Shown here: positions 6,723 through 14,943 of the stretch, piece by piece
Position numbering within the stretch: position 1 is the stretch's first letter
Layout of the letters: each line of letters starts with the position of its first letter
UHGV virus genome: UHGV-0082254
Source of the DNA: a virus
Strand: one strand, 5' to 3'
Length of the DNA: 15,049 nucleotides
Notes under the pieces: model-generated
Database searches by the model: none
Seen by the model: the letters and a program-made list of their open reading frames with translations, nothing else
Told to the model about the DNA's origin: nothing
Position numbers and translations under genes: made by a program

Positions 6723-8429
6723 TTGAGTAACTTACGCGAATACCAGAATCGTATTGCAGATATCGCAAAACGCTCTAAAGCTGTGCTTGGCTGGGCAAGC
6801 ACTGCGCAGTTCGGTACTGATAACCAATTCATTAAAGATGATGCCGCGCGTGCCGCATCTATCCTTGAAGCTGCACGTAAAGACCCGGTTTTTGCGGGTA
6901 TCTCTGATAATGCCACCGCTCAAATCGCTACAGCGTGGGCAAGTGCACTGGCTGACTACGCCGCAGCACATAAATCTATGCCGCGTCCGGAAATTCTGGC
7001 CTCCTGCCACCAGACGCTGGAAAACTGCCTGATTGAGTCCACCCGCAATAGCATGGATGCCACTAATAAAGCGATGCTGGAATCCGTCGCAGCAGAGATG
7101 ATGAGCGTTTCTGACGGTGTTATGCGTCTGCCTTTATTCCTCGCGATGATCCTGCCTGTTCAGTTGGGGGCAGCTACCGCTGATGCGTGTACCTTCATTC
7201 CGGTTACGCGTGACCAGTCCGACATCTATGAAGTCTTTAACGTGGCAGGTTCCTCTTTTGGTTCTTATGCTGCTGGTGATGTTCTGGACATGCAATCCGT
7301 CGGTGTGTACAGCCAGTTACGTCGCCGCTATGTGCTGGTGGCAAGCTCCGATGGCACCAGCAAAACCGCAACCTTCAAGATGGAAGACTTCGAAGGCCAG
7401 AATGTACCAATCCGAAAAGGTCGCACTAACATCTACGTTAACCGTATTAAGTCTGTTGTTGATAACGGTTCCGGCAGCCTACTTCACTCGTTTACTAATG
7501 CTGCTGGTGAGCAAATCACTGTTACCTGCTCTCTGAACTACAACATTGGTCAGATTGCCCTGTCGTTCTCCAAAGCGCCGGATAAAGGCACTGAGATCGC
7601 AATTGAGACGGAAATCAATATTGAAGCCGCTCCTGAGCTGATCCCGCTGATCAACCACGAAATGAAGAAATACACCCTGTTCCCAAGCCAGTTCGTTATC
7701 GCGGCTGAGCATACGGTACAGGCGGCGTATGAAGCACAGCGTGAATTTGGTCTGGACCTGGGTTCCCTACAGTTCCGCACCCTGAAGGAATACCTGTCTC
7801 ATGAACAGGATATGCTGCGTCTTCGCATTATGATCTGGCGTACTCTTGCGACCGACTCCTTTGACATCGCTTTGCCGGTTAACCAGTCCTTTGATGTATG
7901 GGCAACCATCATTCGTGGCAAATTCCAGACTGTATATCGCGACATTATTGAGCGCGTTAAATCTTCTGGTGCGATGGGGATGTTTGCTGGTGCTGATGCA
8001 GCATCTTTCTTCAAACAGTTGCCGAAGGATTTCTTCCAGCCAGCCGAAGACTATATCCAGACTCCGTATGTTCACTACATCGGTACCCTGTTCGGTAACG
8101 TGAAAGTGTACGAAGTACCTGCTGGTATTTGTAAGAATTTAACGACAGAGAACATTCAGTTCAGCTCGATGGATGTGCTGTGCTACGTCCGTGATGAAAA
8201 TCCGGGTAAAGCAGGCTTCGTGACTGGTGATGCTGTCCCGGCTATCCCGTTCCAGCATCCGACCACTCCGGCGCTGGTCAACCGTACCACGCTGTGGGGT
8301 TCGGCTATCAACGATATGCACCCACGCAACGGCGCTGATTACTTCACTCGTGTAACGCTGACAATGGCCAAAAAAGGCGGGCTTAACTTTATAAGCGGCG
8401 ACACGATTGATGCCGGTGACTCTGAGTAA
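6723..8429 (+). CDS. virion structural protein, probably the major head protein precursor (P1 gp23-like position)
   Basis: Frame is open from 6702, but there is no ATG in the first ~90 codons. Best start is TTG at 6723, 6 nt after SD AGGAAG (TTG at 6702 has no SD). Long ORF heading the structural operon directly after parS. Confidence 0.45.
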   Translation: MSNLREYQNRIADIAKRSKAVLGWASTAQFGTDNQFIKDDAARAASILEAARKDPVFAGISDNATAQIATAWASALADYAAAHKSMPRPEILASCHQTLENCLIESTRNSMDATNKAMLESVAAEMMSVSDGVMRLPLFLAMILPVQLGAATADACTFIPVTRDQSDIYEVFNVAGSSFGSYAAGDVLDMQSVGVYSQLRRRYVLVASSDGTSKTATFKMEDFEGQNVPIRKGRTNIYVNRIKSVVDNGSGSLLHSFTNAAGEQITVTCSLNYNIGQIALSFSKAPDKGTEIAIETEINIEAAPELIPLINHEMKKYTLFPSQFVIAAEHTVQAAYEAQREFGLDLGSLQFRTLKEYLSHEQDMLRLRIMIWRTLATDSFDIALPVNQSFDVWATIIRGKFQTVYRDIIERVKSSGAMGMFAGADAASFFKQLPKDFFQPAEDYIQTPYVHYIGTLFGNVKVYEVPAGICKNLTTENIQFSSMDVLCYVRDENPGKAGFVTGDAVPAIPFQHPTTPALVNRTTLWGSAINDMHPRNGADYFTRVTLTMAKKGGLNFISGDTIDAGDSE

Positions 8430-8489
8430 TCAGGGGAAGTTCTCCGTTTAACATAGCGCCCCCGTGCGGGGCGCATAACAGGGAAAGTT

Positions 8490-9980
8490 ATGTCTCAATA
8501 TTCAATTCAACAGTCATTAGGTAATGCATCCGGCGTCGCGGTTAGCCCGATCAATGCCGATGCGACGTTATCTACAGGTGTTGCATTAAATAGCAGCTTG
8601 TGGGCTGGTATTGGCGTATTTGCGCGTGGCAAGCCGTTTACTGTTCTTGCGGTTACTGAGTCCAATTACGAAGATGTTCTCGGCGAACCGCTGAAGCCGT
8701 CTTCCGGCTCACAGTTCGAACCAATTCGCCATGTATACGAAGCTATTCAGCAAACGTCTGGTTATGTTGTCCGTGCTGTTCCGGATGATGCGAAGTTCCC
8801 GGTTATTATGTTCGATGAATCAGGCGAACCGGCTTACAGTGCGTTGCCATACGGTTCTGAAATTGAACTTGATAGCGGCGAAGCCTTTGCTATCTACGTT
8901 GATGATGGTGATCCGTGTATTTCACCTACCCGTGAGTTAACCATTGAAACGGCAACAGCGGACAGCGCAGGTAATGAACGCTTCCTCCTGAAACTGACCC
9001 AGACGACTTCGCTCGGCGTGGTAACGACCCTGGAGACACACACTGTGTCTTTGGCGGAAGAAGCGAAAGATGACATGGGCCGCTTGTGTTATCTGCCTAC
9101 GGCTCTGGAAGCCCGTTCTAAATATCTGCGCGCGGTTGTTAATGAAGAGCTGATTTCGACCGCGAAAGTAACAAATAAAAAATCACTGGCGTTCACTGGC
9201 GGTACCAACGGCGATCAGTCGAAAATCTCCACCGAAGCCTACCTGCGTGCGGTTAAGGTGCTGAACAATGCGCCGTACATGTACACCGCTGTTCTCGGCC
9301 TGGGTTGCTATGACAATGCGGCGATCACCGCGTTAGGTAATATCTGTTCTGATCGCCTGATTGATGGCTTCTTTGATGTCAAACCGACATTGACGTACAC
9401 GGAAGCGCTCTCTGCTGTTGAAGATACCGGTTTACTTGGTACCGATTATGTAAGCTGTGCTGTCTATCACTTCCCGTTCTCCTGCAAAGACAAATGGACC
9501 CAATCCCGTGTGGTCTTCGGTCTGTCTGGCGCGGCGTATGCGGCGAAAGCTCGTGGCGTCAAGAAAAACTCTGATGTCGGCGGTTGGCATTACTCACCGG
9601 CTGGTGAAGAACGTGCCGTCATTGCTCGTGCGTCAATTCAACCGCTGTATCCGGAAGATACCCCGGACGAAGAAGCAATGGTTAAGGGCCGCCTCAATAA
9701 AGTATCTGTTGGCACCTCTGGCCAGATGATCATCGACGATGCTTTAACTTGCTGCACGCAGGATAACTATCTGCACTTCCAGCACGTCCCATCCCTGATG
9801 AATGCAATCAGCCGTTTCTTTGTCCAGTTAGCCCGCCAGATGAAGCATAGCCCTGACGGTACAGAACCGTATGTGCTGAAAGTTACGCAGGCGGAATTCG
9901 ATAAATGGGAAGTAGTCTGGGCCTGCTGCCCGACTGGCGTAGCCCGTCGTATCCAGGGCGTACCGCTGCTTATTAAGTAA
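8490..9980 (+). CDS. contractile tail sheath protein
   Basis: 496 aa, SD AGGGAAAG. C-terminal blocks (GGWHYSP..., VSVGTSGQMIIDDALTC) resemble the conserved C-terminal region of Myoviridae sheath proteins; located upstream of tube-like genes. Confidence 0.55.
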   Translation: MSQYSIQQSLGNASGVAVSPINADATLSTGVALNSSLWAGIGVFARGKPFTVLAVTESNYEDVLGEPLKPSSGSQFEPIRHVYEAIQQTSGYVVRAVPDDAKFPVIMFDESGEPAYSALPYGSEIELDSGEAFAIYVDDGDPCISPTRELTIETATADSAGNERFLLKLTQTTSLGVVTTLETHTVSLAEEAKDDMGRLCYLPTALEARSKYLRAVVNEELISTAKVTNKKSLAFTGGTNGDQSKISTEAYLRAVKVLNNAPYMYTAVLGLGCYDNAAITALGNICSDRLIDGFFDVKPTLTYTEALSAVEDTGLLGTDYVSCAVYHFPFSCKDKWTQSRVVFGLSGAAYAAKARGVKKNSDVGGWHYSPAGEERAVIARASIQPLYPEDTPDEEAMVKGRLNKVSVGTSGQMIIDDALTCCTQDNYLHFQHVPSLMNAISRFFVQLARQMKHSPDGTEPYVLKVTQAEFDKWEVVWACCPTGVARRIQGVPLLIK

Positions 9981-9989
9981 GGGAATACA

Positions 9990-10805
9990 ATGAGCAAAAA
10001 CTTTTTTCAATCCGGGGCATTTTTGGGGAATGGACTGTCCCGTTTCGCTTTGAACTCTGATCCTGTGCAGCTGATGGAGTCTGCCCGAGCAAGCGCCGAA
10101 CCGCCAACAGATCCGGTTATTAATAATAATCCGGAACCGGCGGCACAGACTAACGATAACGTTCCATCTGCCCCGGCTCCTGAGCAAATCCTGGAAGGGA
10201 AAGACGGTAAAGAATGGACCGTCGAACAGGCGCACCAGATGATTCTGGAAGCTGCAAATCGAAGTGCTATGCAGAATGCGTTGAGTGATGCGGCCGACGC
10301 CGTTTTCGCCTGGGCTGATAGCGGTGATCTGACTTTCGACTCCCTTGATGGTTTCGTTCAGGCTATCGCTGGTATCTCTGATGACGACGACTCCGAAGTT
10401 ACAGAAGAACAGGACGATGCCTATAACGAAGCATGGGCAAATGTTGCTGACTTCCTCGCAGCATGCGGTGTAGATGATGACCTGATCGAAGCACTGGCTG
10501 ACGATGAAGACGACGACGCAGCCGCTGATGTTGGTGCCTCTATCGCTGGTTTAGATAGCGACGACCGTGACGAACTGGAAGCGGCGTTTGTTGTTGCTGG
10601 CACTTCTGATGAAATGCTGACTGAAGCATTTAAGAAGGTTGTTCGTAACGGTGAGATCAAACTCATCCGTAAACGCCTGCGTAAAAAACGTCTGACTGCG
10701 GCTCAAAAATCGGCGCTGAAAAAAGCGCGTCGTAAAGCCCAGACCGGCGCGGCAAAACTGGCCCGCAAAAAGTCAATGAAACTGCGCCGTAAGCGCCTCG
10801 GCTAA
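9990..10805 (+). CDS. hypothetical virion-associated protein with acidic core and highly basic C-terminal tail
   Basis: 271 aa, SD AAGGGAA. Asp/Glu-rich centre (ISDDDDSEVTEEQDD, ADDEDDDAAAD) and a Lys/Arg-rich last ~45 aa (IRKRLRKKRL...KLRRKRLG). Confidence 0.7.
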   Translation: MSKNFFQSGAFLGNGLSRFALNSDPVQLMESARASAEPPTDPVINNNPEPAAQTNDNVPSAPAPEQILEGKDGKEWTVEQAHQMILEAANRSAMQNALSDAADAVFAWADSGDLTFDSLDGFVQAIAGISDDDDSEVTEEQDDAYNEAWANVADFLAACGVDDDLIEALADDEDDDAAADVGASIAGLDSDDRDELEAAFVVAGTSDEMLTEAFKKVVRNGEIKLIRKRLRKKRLTAAQKSALKKARRKAQTGAAKLARKKSMKLRRKRLG

Positions 10806-10840
10806 AGGAGGAGGCCGGAGAACTCCGGCCTTTAACTTGA

Positions 10841-11422
10841 ATGGCACCTATACCTTATGGGGTTTACAGCCAGGCTGACGGTGTATCGCCATATCTGAAA
10901 GTTACTTTAACGAACTCTCAGTACCAGGTTACCGGATATATCAGCCAGGGAGCGGCAATGAACATGGCCCAGAATTGGGAAGCGCCGTTTACCGGTATGT
11001 CCATGGGATCTGTTGCTGGTGCCTTCAGTGGTTTTGCGCAGGTTGGTACTGAAACAACGTCGGTTGCCCGTTGGAACAGCTTAATGGTTTGGGAAGGGGG
11101 AACACCGCCGACTTTCACGCTGCCAGTAACTTTCATCGCTTTGTTTGACCCATTCACGGAGGTTTCAGGAGCTATCGCCGCATTGTCAGCGATGATTAGC
11201 CCGGAACTTAAAGATGCCAGTATTGGTGGTCGAATCCCGGAGCGTGTGACGCTAAACATTGGTCGCCGGATCAACATCATTGATGTCGCTATCCAGGACA
11301 TAAGTTTCGATCTCGATGCGCCCAGGGACAGCAATGGGCATTTCCTGAAAAACACCGTCAACCTCCAGTTGACCGGTTCTTCGATATATAACAGCTCCGA
11401 TATTGTTCGGGCGTTCCAGTAA
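10841..11422 (+). CDS. hypothetical tail protein (size compatible with tube or tail-completion protein)
   Basis: 193-aa ORF with ATG start in the structural operon. The only SD (AGGAGG, 10806-10811) is separated from the ATG by a hairpin. Confidence 0.6.
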   Translation: MAPIPYGVYSQADGVSPYLKVTLTNSQYQVTGYISQGAAMNMAQNWEAPFTGMSMGSVAGAFSGFAQVGTETTSVARWNSLMVWEGGTPPTFTLPVTFIALFDPFTEVSGAIAALSAMISPELKDASIGGRIPERVTLNIGRRINIIDVAIQDISFDLDAPRDSNGHFLKNTVNLQLTGSSIYNSSDIVRAFQ

Positions 11423-11433
11423 AAGGATTTTAT

Positions 11434-11943
11434 ATGGGGCACAATAACACTAAGGGAAACCGTAAATTTATTAAGGGCCGCTATACTGCCAACGCGGCCA
11501 AAGGCGAACGACTGGTATCTTCTGAATTCCAGCTCACTTTTGCAGGCCATGAAGATATCAGCGTACTGGTTCGCACGTCGCAAATTCCTGAAATGACCCG
11601 CGAGGATGTGGAGGACTATGGTCCGAATGGTGTGAAGTTCAACCAGCACGGTCCAATTCGAAACTCTGGGGAAATCCAGGTCCAGTGCGTGGAGACTATC
11701 GAAGGCGATATTCTTCAGTTCATTAAAGATCGCATTGCGGCGAAGGACTATGTTGATATCACGATGGCTGCGACCCCTGAATCCAAATCTTCCGGGGTTA
11801 ACGCTGTGACAAAAGCTGCTACAACAATTGAAATGTTGGACTGCAAAATCTACAGTGATGCAATCGACTTTAGTACCGAAGATGTGACTGCCGCTGTGCG
11901 CCCGTCACTTCGTATCGTCTACAACTGGATTGAGTGGGATTAA
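11434..11943 (+). CDS. tail tube-like protein (T4 gp19-like pattern)
   Basis: 169 aa, SD AAAGGA. Pattern FQLTF ... GVKF ... GEIQVQCVET ... ends ...YNWIEWD, resembling gp19-family tube proteins that end in an aromatic-acidic motif. Confidence 0.5.
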   Translation: MGHNNTKGNRKFIKGRYTANAAKGERLVSSEFQLTFAGHEDISVLVRTSQIPEMTREDVEDYGPNGVKFNQHGPIRNSGEIQVQCVETIEGDILQFIKDRIAAKDYVDITMAATPESKSSGVNAVTKAATTIEMLDCKIYSDAIDFSTEDVTAAVRPSLRIVYNWIEWD

Positions 11944-11962
11944 GAGTTATCCCTTGTATTTT

Positions 11963-11989
11963 AAAGCTCCTTCGGGAGCTTTTTTATTT
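11963..11989 (+). terminator. rho-independent terminator of the structural operon
   Basis: AAAGCTCC-TTCG-GGAGCTTT stem with UUCG tetraloop followed by TTTTTATTT. Confidence 0.8.
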
Positions 11990-12059
11990 GGAGAGGAAAG
12001 GGTGCATTGAGGATACCTGACACACGAAGAGTGGCGGGGATCTCTCCCCGCCAGGTCTC

Positions 12060-12215
12060 TTACCTTTCAGATTCGTAGGCTGTGAAGACAGTGACCTCCG
12101 TCTGGCCGGTTCGGATTCGTACCTCGCAGAGGTCTTTTCTCGTTACCAGTGCCGTCACTATGACGGTTAAACAGATGACGATCAGAGCGATTAACATCGC
12201 TTTTTGCTGCTTCAT
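12060..12215 (-). CDS. hok: Hok/Gef-family type I toxin
   Basis: 51-aa minus-strand ORF MKQQKAMLIALIVICLTVIVTALVTRKDLCEVRIRTGQTEVTVFTAYESER with the Hok family signature; SD AAGGAG 9 nt upstream; GGCGGGGA-gaga-TCCCCGCC 3' stem-loop on the mRNA strand at 12022-12041. Confidence 0.85.
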   Translation of the reverse strand: MKQQKAMLIALIVICLTVIVTALVTRKDLCEVRIRTGQTEVTVFTAYESER

Positions 12216-12273
12216 AGCCTGCTTCTCCTTGACCTTTTGGTCGGTAAGAGGCTAATCTACGTATGCTAAGCAT
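12067..12273 (-). CDS. mok: mok-like overlapping reading frame (modulator of hok translation)
   Basis: 68-codon frame starting 58 nt upstream of hok in a different frame and ending 7 nt from the hok stop, the arrangement seen in hok/mok/sok loci. Confidence 0.55.
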   Translation of the reverse strand: MLSIRRLASYRPKGQGEAGYEAAKSDVNRSDRHLFNRHSDGTGNEKRPLRGTNPNRPDGGHCLHSLRI

Positions 12274-12549
12274 AGATATGGCCTCAGATTAATGTTAAGC
12301 GTCTTGCAGGACGCGTAATGTTATCTGGGGCTTTCTTCTATCTGCTTTTCGGGTAATGCCTGAAGCAGATAGCCTCAAGCACCCGCAGCGATTGTATCAA
12401 TGTCTGGCTTTTTTTCTATAGAAATCACCTGGAAGGGTGAATACCCACATCAGAAGAAACGTTGCAGCAAACATGATCCCTAATGGCCAGACCGCGCCAA
12501 AGAAAATCCATACTGAAAACGCCAGGTGACTCCAGATTAGAGCAATCTA

Positions 12550-13395
12550 TCACCCTCTGAATCCCGCCGGTATACCCCATTGTTCGTTATCTTTATTTTT
12601 GGCTAAAACCGCATTAAGAGCTTCGTTTACCGTCATGCAATGCGGTAGGTTATCGAAGTTTGATATCCCGCCAATATCAGGCGAACGCTTGTTCTTCAGG
12701 TAAGCATATTTCCGCGCAGCCGCCTCTACTTTCTGCTTGAACTCATGTTTTTGAGCGCGTTTTTGGGATAACCGCAGATTGTCAGCCTTTGCTTTTGCCT
12801 CAGCGATCCATGAAGTCAATTTTTTGAGTCTGGACGTTCCGGCACCGCCGGAAACTGATCTTTTTGTTTTTTTAACTTGTGACTTCTTATTCTTTATTGC
12901 CACGTCATCCTGACAGGGGGAGGGGGTATCATTTTGACATGGGGGTGTGGATATAAAATTAAATAAAGCCAATGACTTAGCGATAACAGCTTTAACCTTG
13001 GTTGCCGCTGAAGAGATCTTTAATTTGCTTTCAGTCAGCGCATTTTTGGCTTGTTGTGCGAAGGCCAAAAAGGATGGTGTAAACCGGTACAGGTTAGCGC
13101 GACGTTCACGGTGATCGCCGATAACAATCTCTACAGACAGGATTCCTTTGTTTACAGCTTCACGGAATGCACGAACGACGGTTGATTGGCTATAACCAGT
13201 TTCTGCCGCGATCAGGCGGTGAGGCTTGTGAATGAAGTATTCACTGGTTGTTGCCGCGAGATTTGCACATTGCGACAGGATATGCCCGGCGCTACGGGAT
13301 AGACCGGAGTGTGTTACAAAGCAGGCCAATTCATAGCCAGAAAAAGTAAAATCGCTCATCGTTATACAGCTCAGGAAAGTGACTTTAGCCAGCAT
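12550..13395 (-). CDS. repL: lytic replication protein RepL-like
   Basis: 281 aa, directly downstream of the KilA-N gene in the same orientation, under a C1-operator-like site: the P1 kilA-repL arrangement. No convincing SD at either the first ATG or the internal ATG at 13359. Confidence 0.6.
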   Translation of the reverse strand: MLAKVTFLSCITMSDFTFSGYELACFVTHSGLSRSAGHILSQCANLAATTSEYFIHKPHRLIAAETGYSQSTVVRAFREAVNKGILSVEIVIGDHRERRANLYRFTPSFLAFAQQAKNALTESKLKISSAATKVKAVIAKSLALFNFISTPPCQNDTPSPCQDDVAIKNKKSQVKKTKRSVSGGAGTSRLKKLTSWIAEAKAKADNLRLSQKRAQKHEFKQKVEAAARKYAYLKNKRSPDIGGISNFDNLPHCMTVNEALNAVLAKNKDNEQWGIPAGFRG

Positions 13396-13424
13396 TACAA
13401 TGCTGGTGGTTCTTACTACGTCTG

Positions 13425-14225
13425 TTAGCGCGTTGCCGCGACAGGTACCAGCACACCAGCATCAAGCAATCGCTTCATCAGCCACTGCTGACCTTTGCCG
13501 GTTATACGAGTCGTGAAAGAAATCCTGCTTCCATTGCTTGTATCGATCACGGTTTCTTTAAGGGTGAAATACCCACGGGATATGTATTCTTGTTTGGGGA
13601 CGTTCCTGCGTTCACCGGTTGCGATCAGAATTCCGTTATCACGCAACCAGGTGAAGAGATAGTTTTGGCCCAGGCCGAGCACTTTGGCATAGTTGCCGAT
13701 TAGAACCCCGCTGGCGGTAGCAACGCGTTCGGCGAATTCGACTTTAGGTGCATCCATAAGCATTTTTTGCTCCAGCCGTTGCTTTTGCTCTGCCAGGTCG
13801 GCAGCCAAACGGAGAGCTTCAGGGAGACTCTGCGGAATAGCAGGTTGTAATCTTCCAGCTCGATAGTCGATAAATGTCTGGTTTACCTTCAGCCGAAACG
13901 CGGGAGAAATCCAACCAGCGTACTCCACTGCGAGCAATTCATGGGCAAAAGTGCCGCCGCCACGGCCTTCGAACGAAACTATGCAATTCTGCATAGTTTC
14001 TTTTTCAAGCTCTTCGATGAGCTGTTTAGCTGACAGCGTTCTTAGCCATTGAGCTGGCGCTTTATGGGCACCGAGTCCGCTCGCTCTGTGTAGAGCATTA
14101 AGGTTGTAACGGCCAGCGCGGTCGGTCGTAATTTCAACACCACAAATAACGGGAAGAGTGGTTGAAGGATCGACATTTTGATGAAGGTTTGATATATTCA
14201 TATCCGCATTGAATGTTTGTTGCAT
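13425..14225 (-). CDS. kilA: KilA-N + KilAC (ANT) two-domain protein, KilA-like
   Basis: 266 aa, SD GGAGAAAAA. N-terminal KilA-N-like region; C-terminal KilAC/antirepressor region (LPEALRLAADLAEQ ... NYAKVLGLGQNYLFTWLRDNGIL ... RGYFTLKE ... TGKGQQWL). Confidence 0.65.
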   Translation of the reverse strand: MQQTFNADMNISNLHQNVDPSTTLPVICGVEITTDRAGRYNLNALHRASGLGAHKAPAQWLRTLSAKQLIEELEKETMQNCIVSFEGRGGGTFAHELLAVEYAGWISPAFRLKVNQTFIDYRAGRLQPAIPQSLPEALRLAADLAEQKQRLEQKMLMDAPKVEFAERVATASGVLIGNYAKVLGLGQNYLFTWLRDNGILIATGERRNVPKQEYISRGYFTLKETVIDTSNGSRISFTTRITGKGQQWLMKRLLDAGVLVPVAATR

Positions 14226-14294
14226 TTTTTCTCCAAATTTGCATCAACCTTCAATCACCAGCTCGAAATGGTGATTCTTTGCACTTAGAAAGCG

Positions 14295-14311
14295 AAATTT
14301 ATTAGAGCAAA
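14295..14311 (-). promoter_or_regulatory. C1 repressor operator-like 17-mer
   Basis: Minus-strand TTTGCTCTAATAAATTT matches the P1 C1 operator consensus ATTGCTCTAATAAATTT at 16 of 17 positions; about 70 bp upstream of kilA. Confidence 0.6.
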
Positions 14312-14354
14312 TTTTTCTAACTCGATCCAGATCGGGTTGGTCGATCTGCTCAGA

Positions 14355-14384
14355 AACCTGCCAGTTTGCTGGCAGGTTTTTTCT
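14355..14384. terminator. strong hairpin between the ant-like gene and kilA (terminator-like)
   Basis: AACCTGCCAG-tttg-CTGGCAGGTT perfect 10-bp stem followed by TTTTTTC on the + strand; on the minus strand it lies just after the ant-like stop but has only a 3-U tail. Confidence 0.5.
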
Positions 14385-14388
14385 TTTG

Positions 14389-14910
14389 TTAACCTATTGC
14401 TACTGGTTTTAACAAACCAGCATCAAGTAGCTTGCGAGTTAACCACTGCTGGCCTTTACCCGTTAATTGGGGCGTCAGCCGTATCTGGTAGCCATTTTCA
14501 TCATCCAACACCACTTCTTTCACCGTGAAATACCCGGCGTTGATGTACTGTTGGTGCGATACGTTTTTGCGCGCACCAAAAGCCATGAGAATGCCGTTCT
14601 GGCGCAACCATGAGAAAAGGGCGTTTTGCTTAAGTCCAACGACCTTTGCAAAGTTCCCGATCAGGATTCCATTGGCCACTGATACCCGGTCGGCAAAATC
14701 GACTTTAGGGGCTGCGGCCACCAGCTGTTGTTCCAACTGCATTTTCTGTTCTGCTAACTCGGCAGCCAGGCGTAGGGCTTCTGGTAATGTCTGGGGGATC
14801 GATGGGGTAGGGGAGTTTGCCTGCTGTAATTCTTCCAGTTTGTCGATCAGCGAACGGCGGACCGCTTTTGACTCGCGCGCGGCAACTCGCAGGGCTTGTT
14901 TGTAGGTCAT
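14389..14910 (-). CDS. stand-alone KilAC (ANT) domain protein, antirepressor-like
   Basis: 173 aa; in-frame stop at 15010-15012 and no alternative start in between, so complete in the window. Roughly 60% identical by eye to the C-terminal domain of the adjacent KilA (LPEALRLAAELAEQ ... NFAKVVGLKQNALFSWLRQNGIL ... AGYFTVKE ... TGKGQQWL). Confidence 0.65.
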   Translation of the reverse strand: MTYKQALRVAARESKAVRRSLIDKLEELQQANSPTPSIPQTLPEALRLAAELAEQKMQLEQQLVAAAPKVDFADRVSVANGILIGNFAKVVGLKQNALFSWLRQNGILMAFGARKNVSHQQYINAGYFTVKEVVLDDENGYQIRLTPQLTGKGQQWLTRKLLDAGLLKPVAIG

Positions 14911-14943
14911 TGTTATAATATCTATTTCTGCGCCGTTTTTTTG

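Noticed and set aside
12397-12474. Minus-strand 25-aa hydrophobic-then-basic peptide (MFAATFLLMWVFTLPGDFYRKKARH) downstream of repL, which could be a second small toxin.
   Set aside because: The SD-like AGGGA is only 2 nt from the ATG and there is no supporting antisense or leader structure; it cannot be distinguished from chance.
12530-12546. Second C1-operator-like sequence (ATTGCTCTAAT core) at the 3' end of repL.
   Set aside because: Only 11 of 17 positions match the consensus and it lies at a gene end, not in a promoter; likely a chance partial match.
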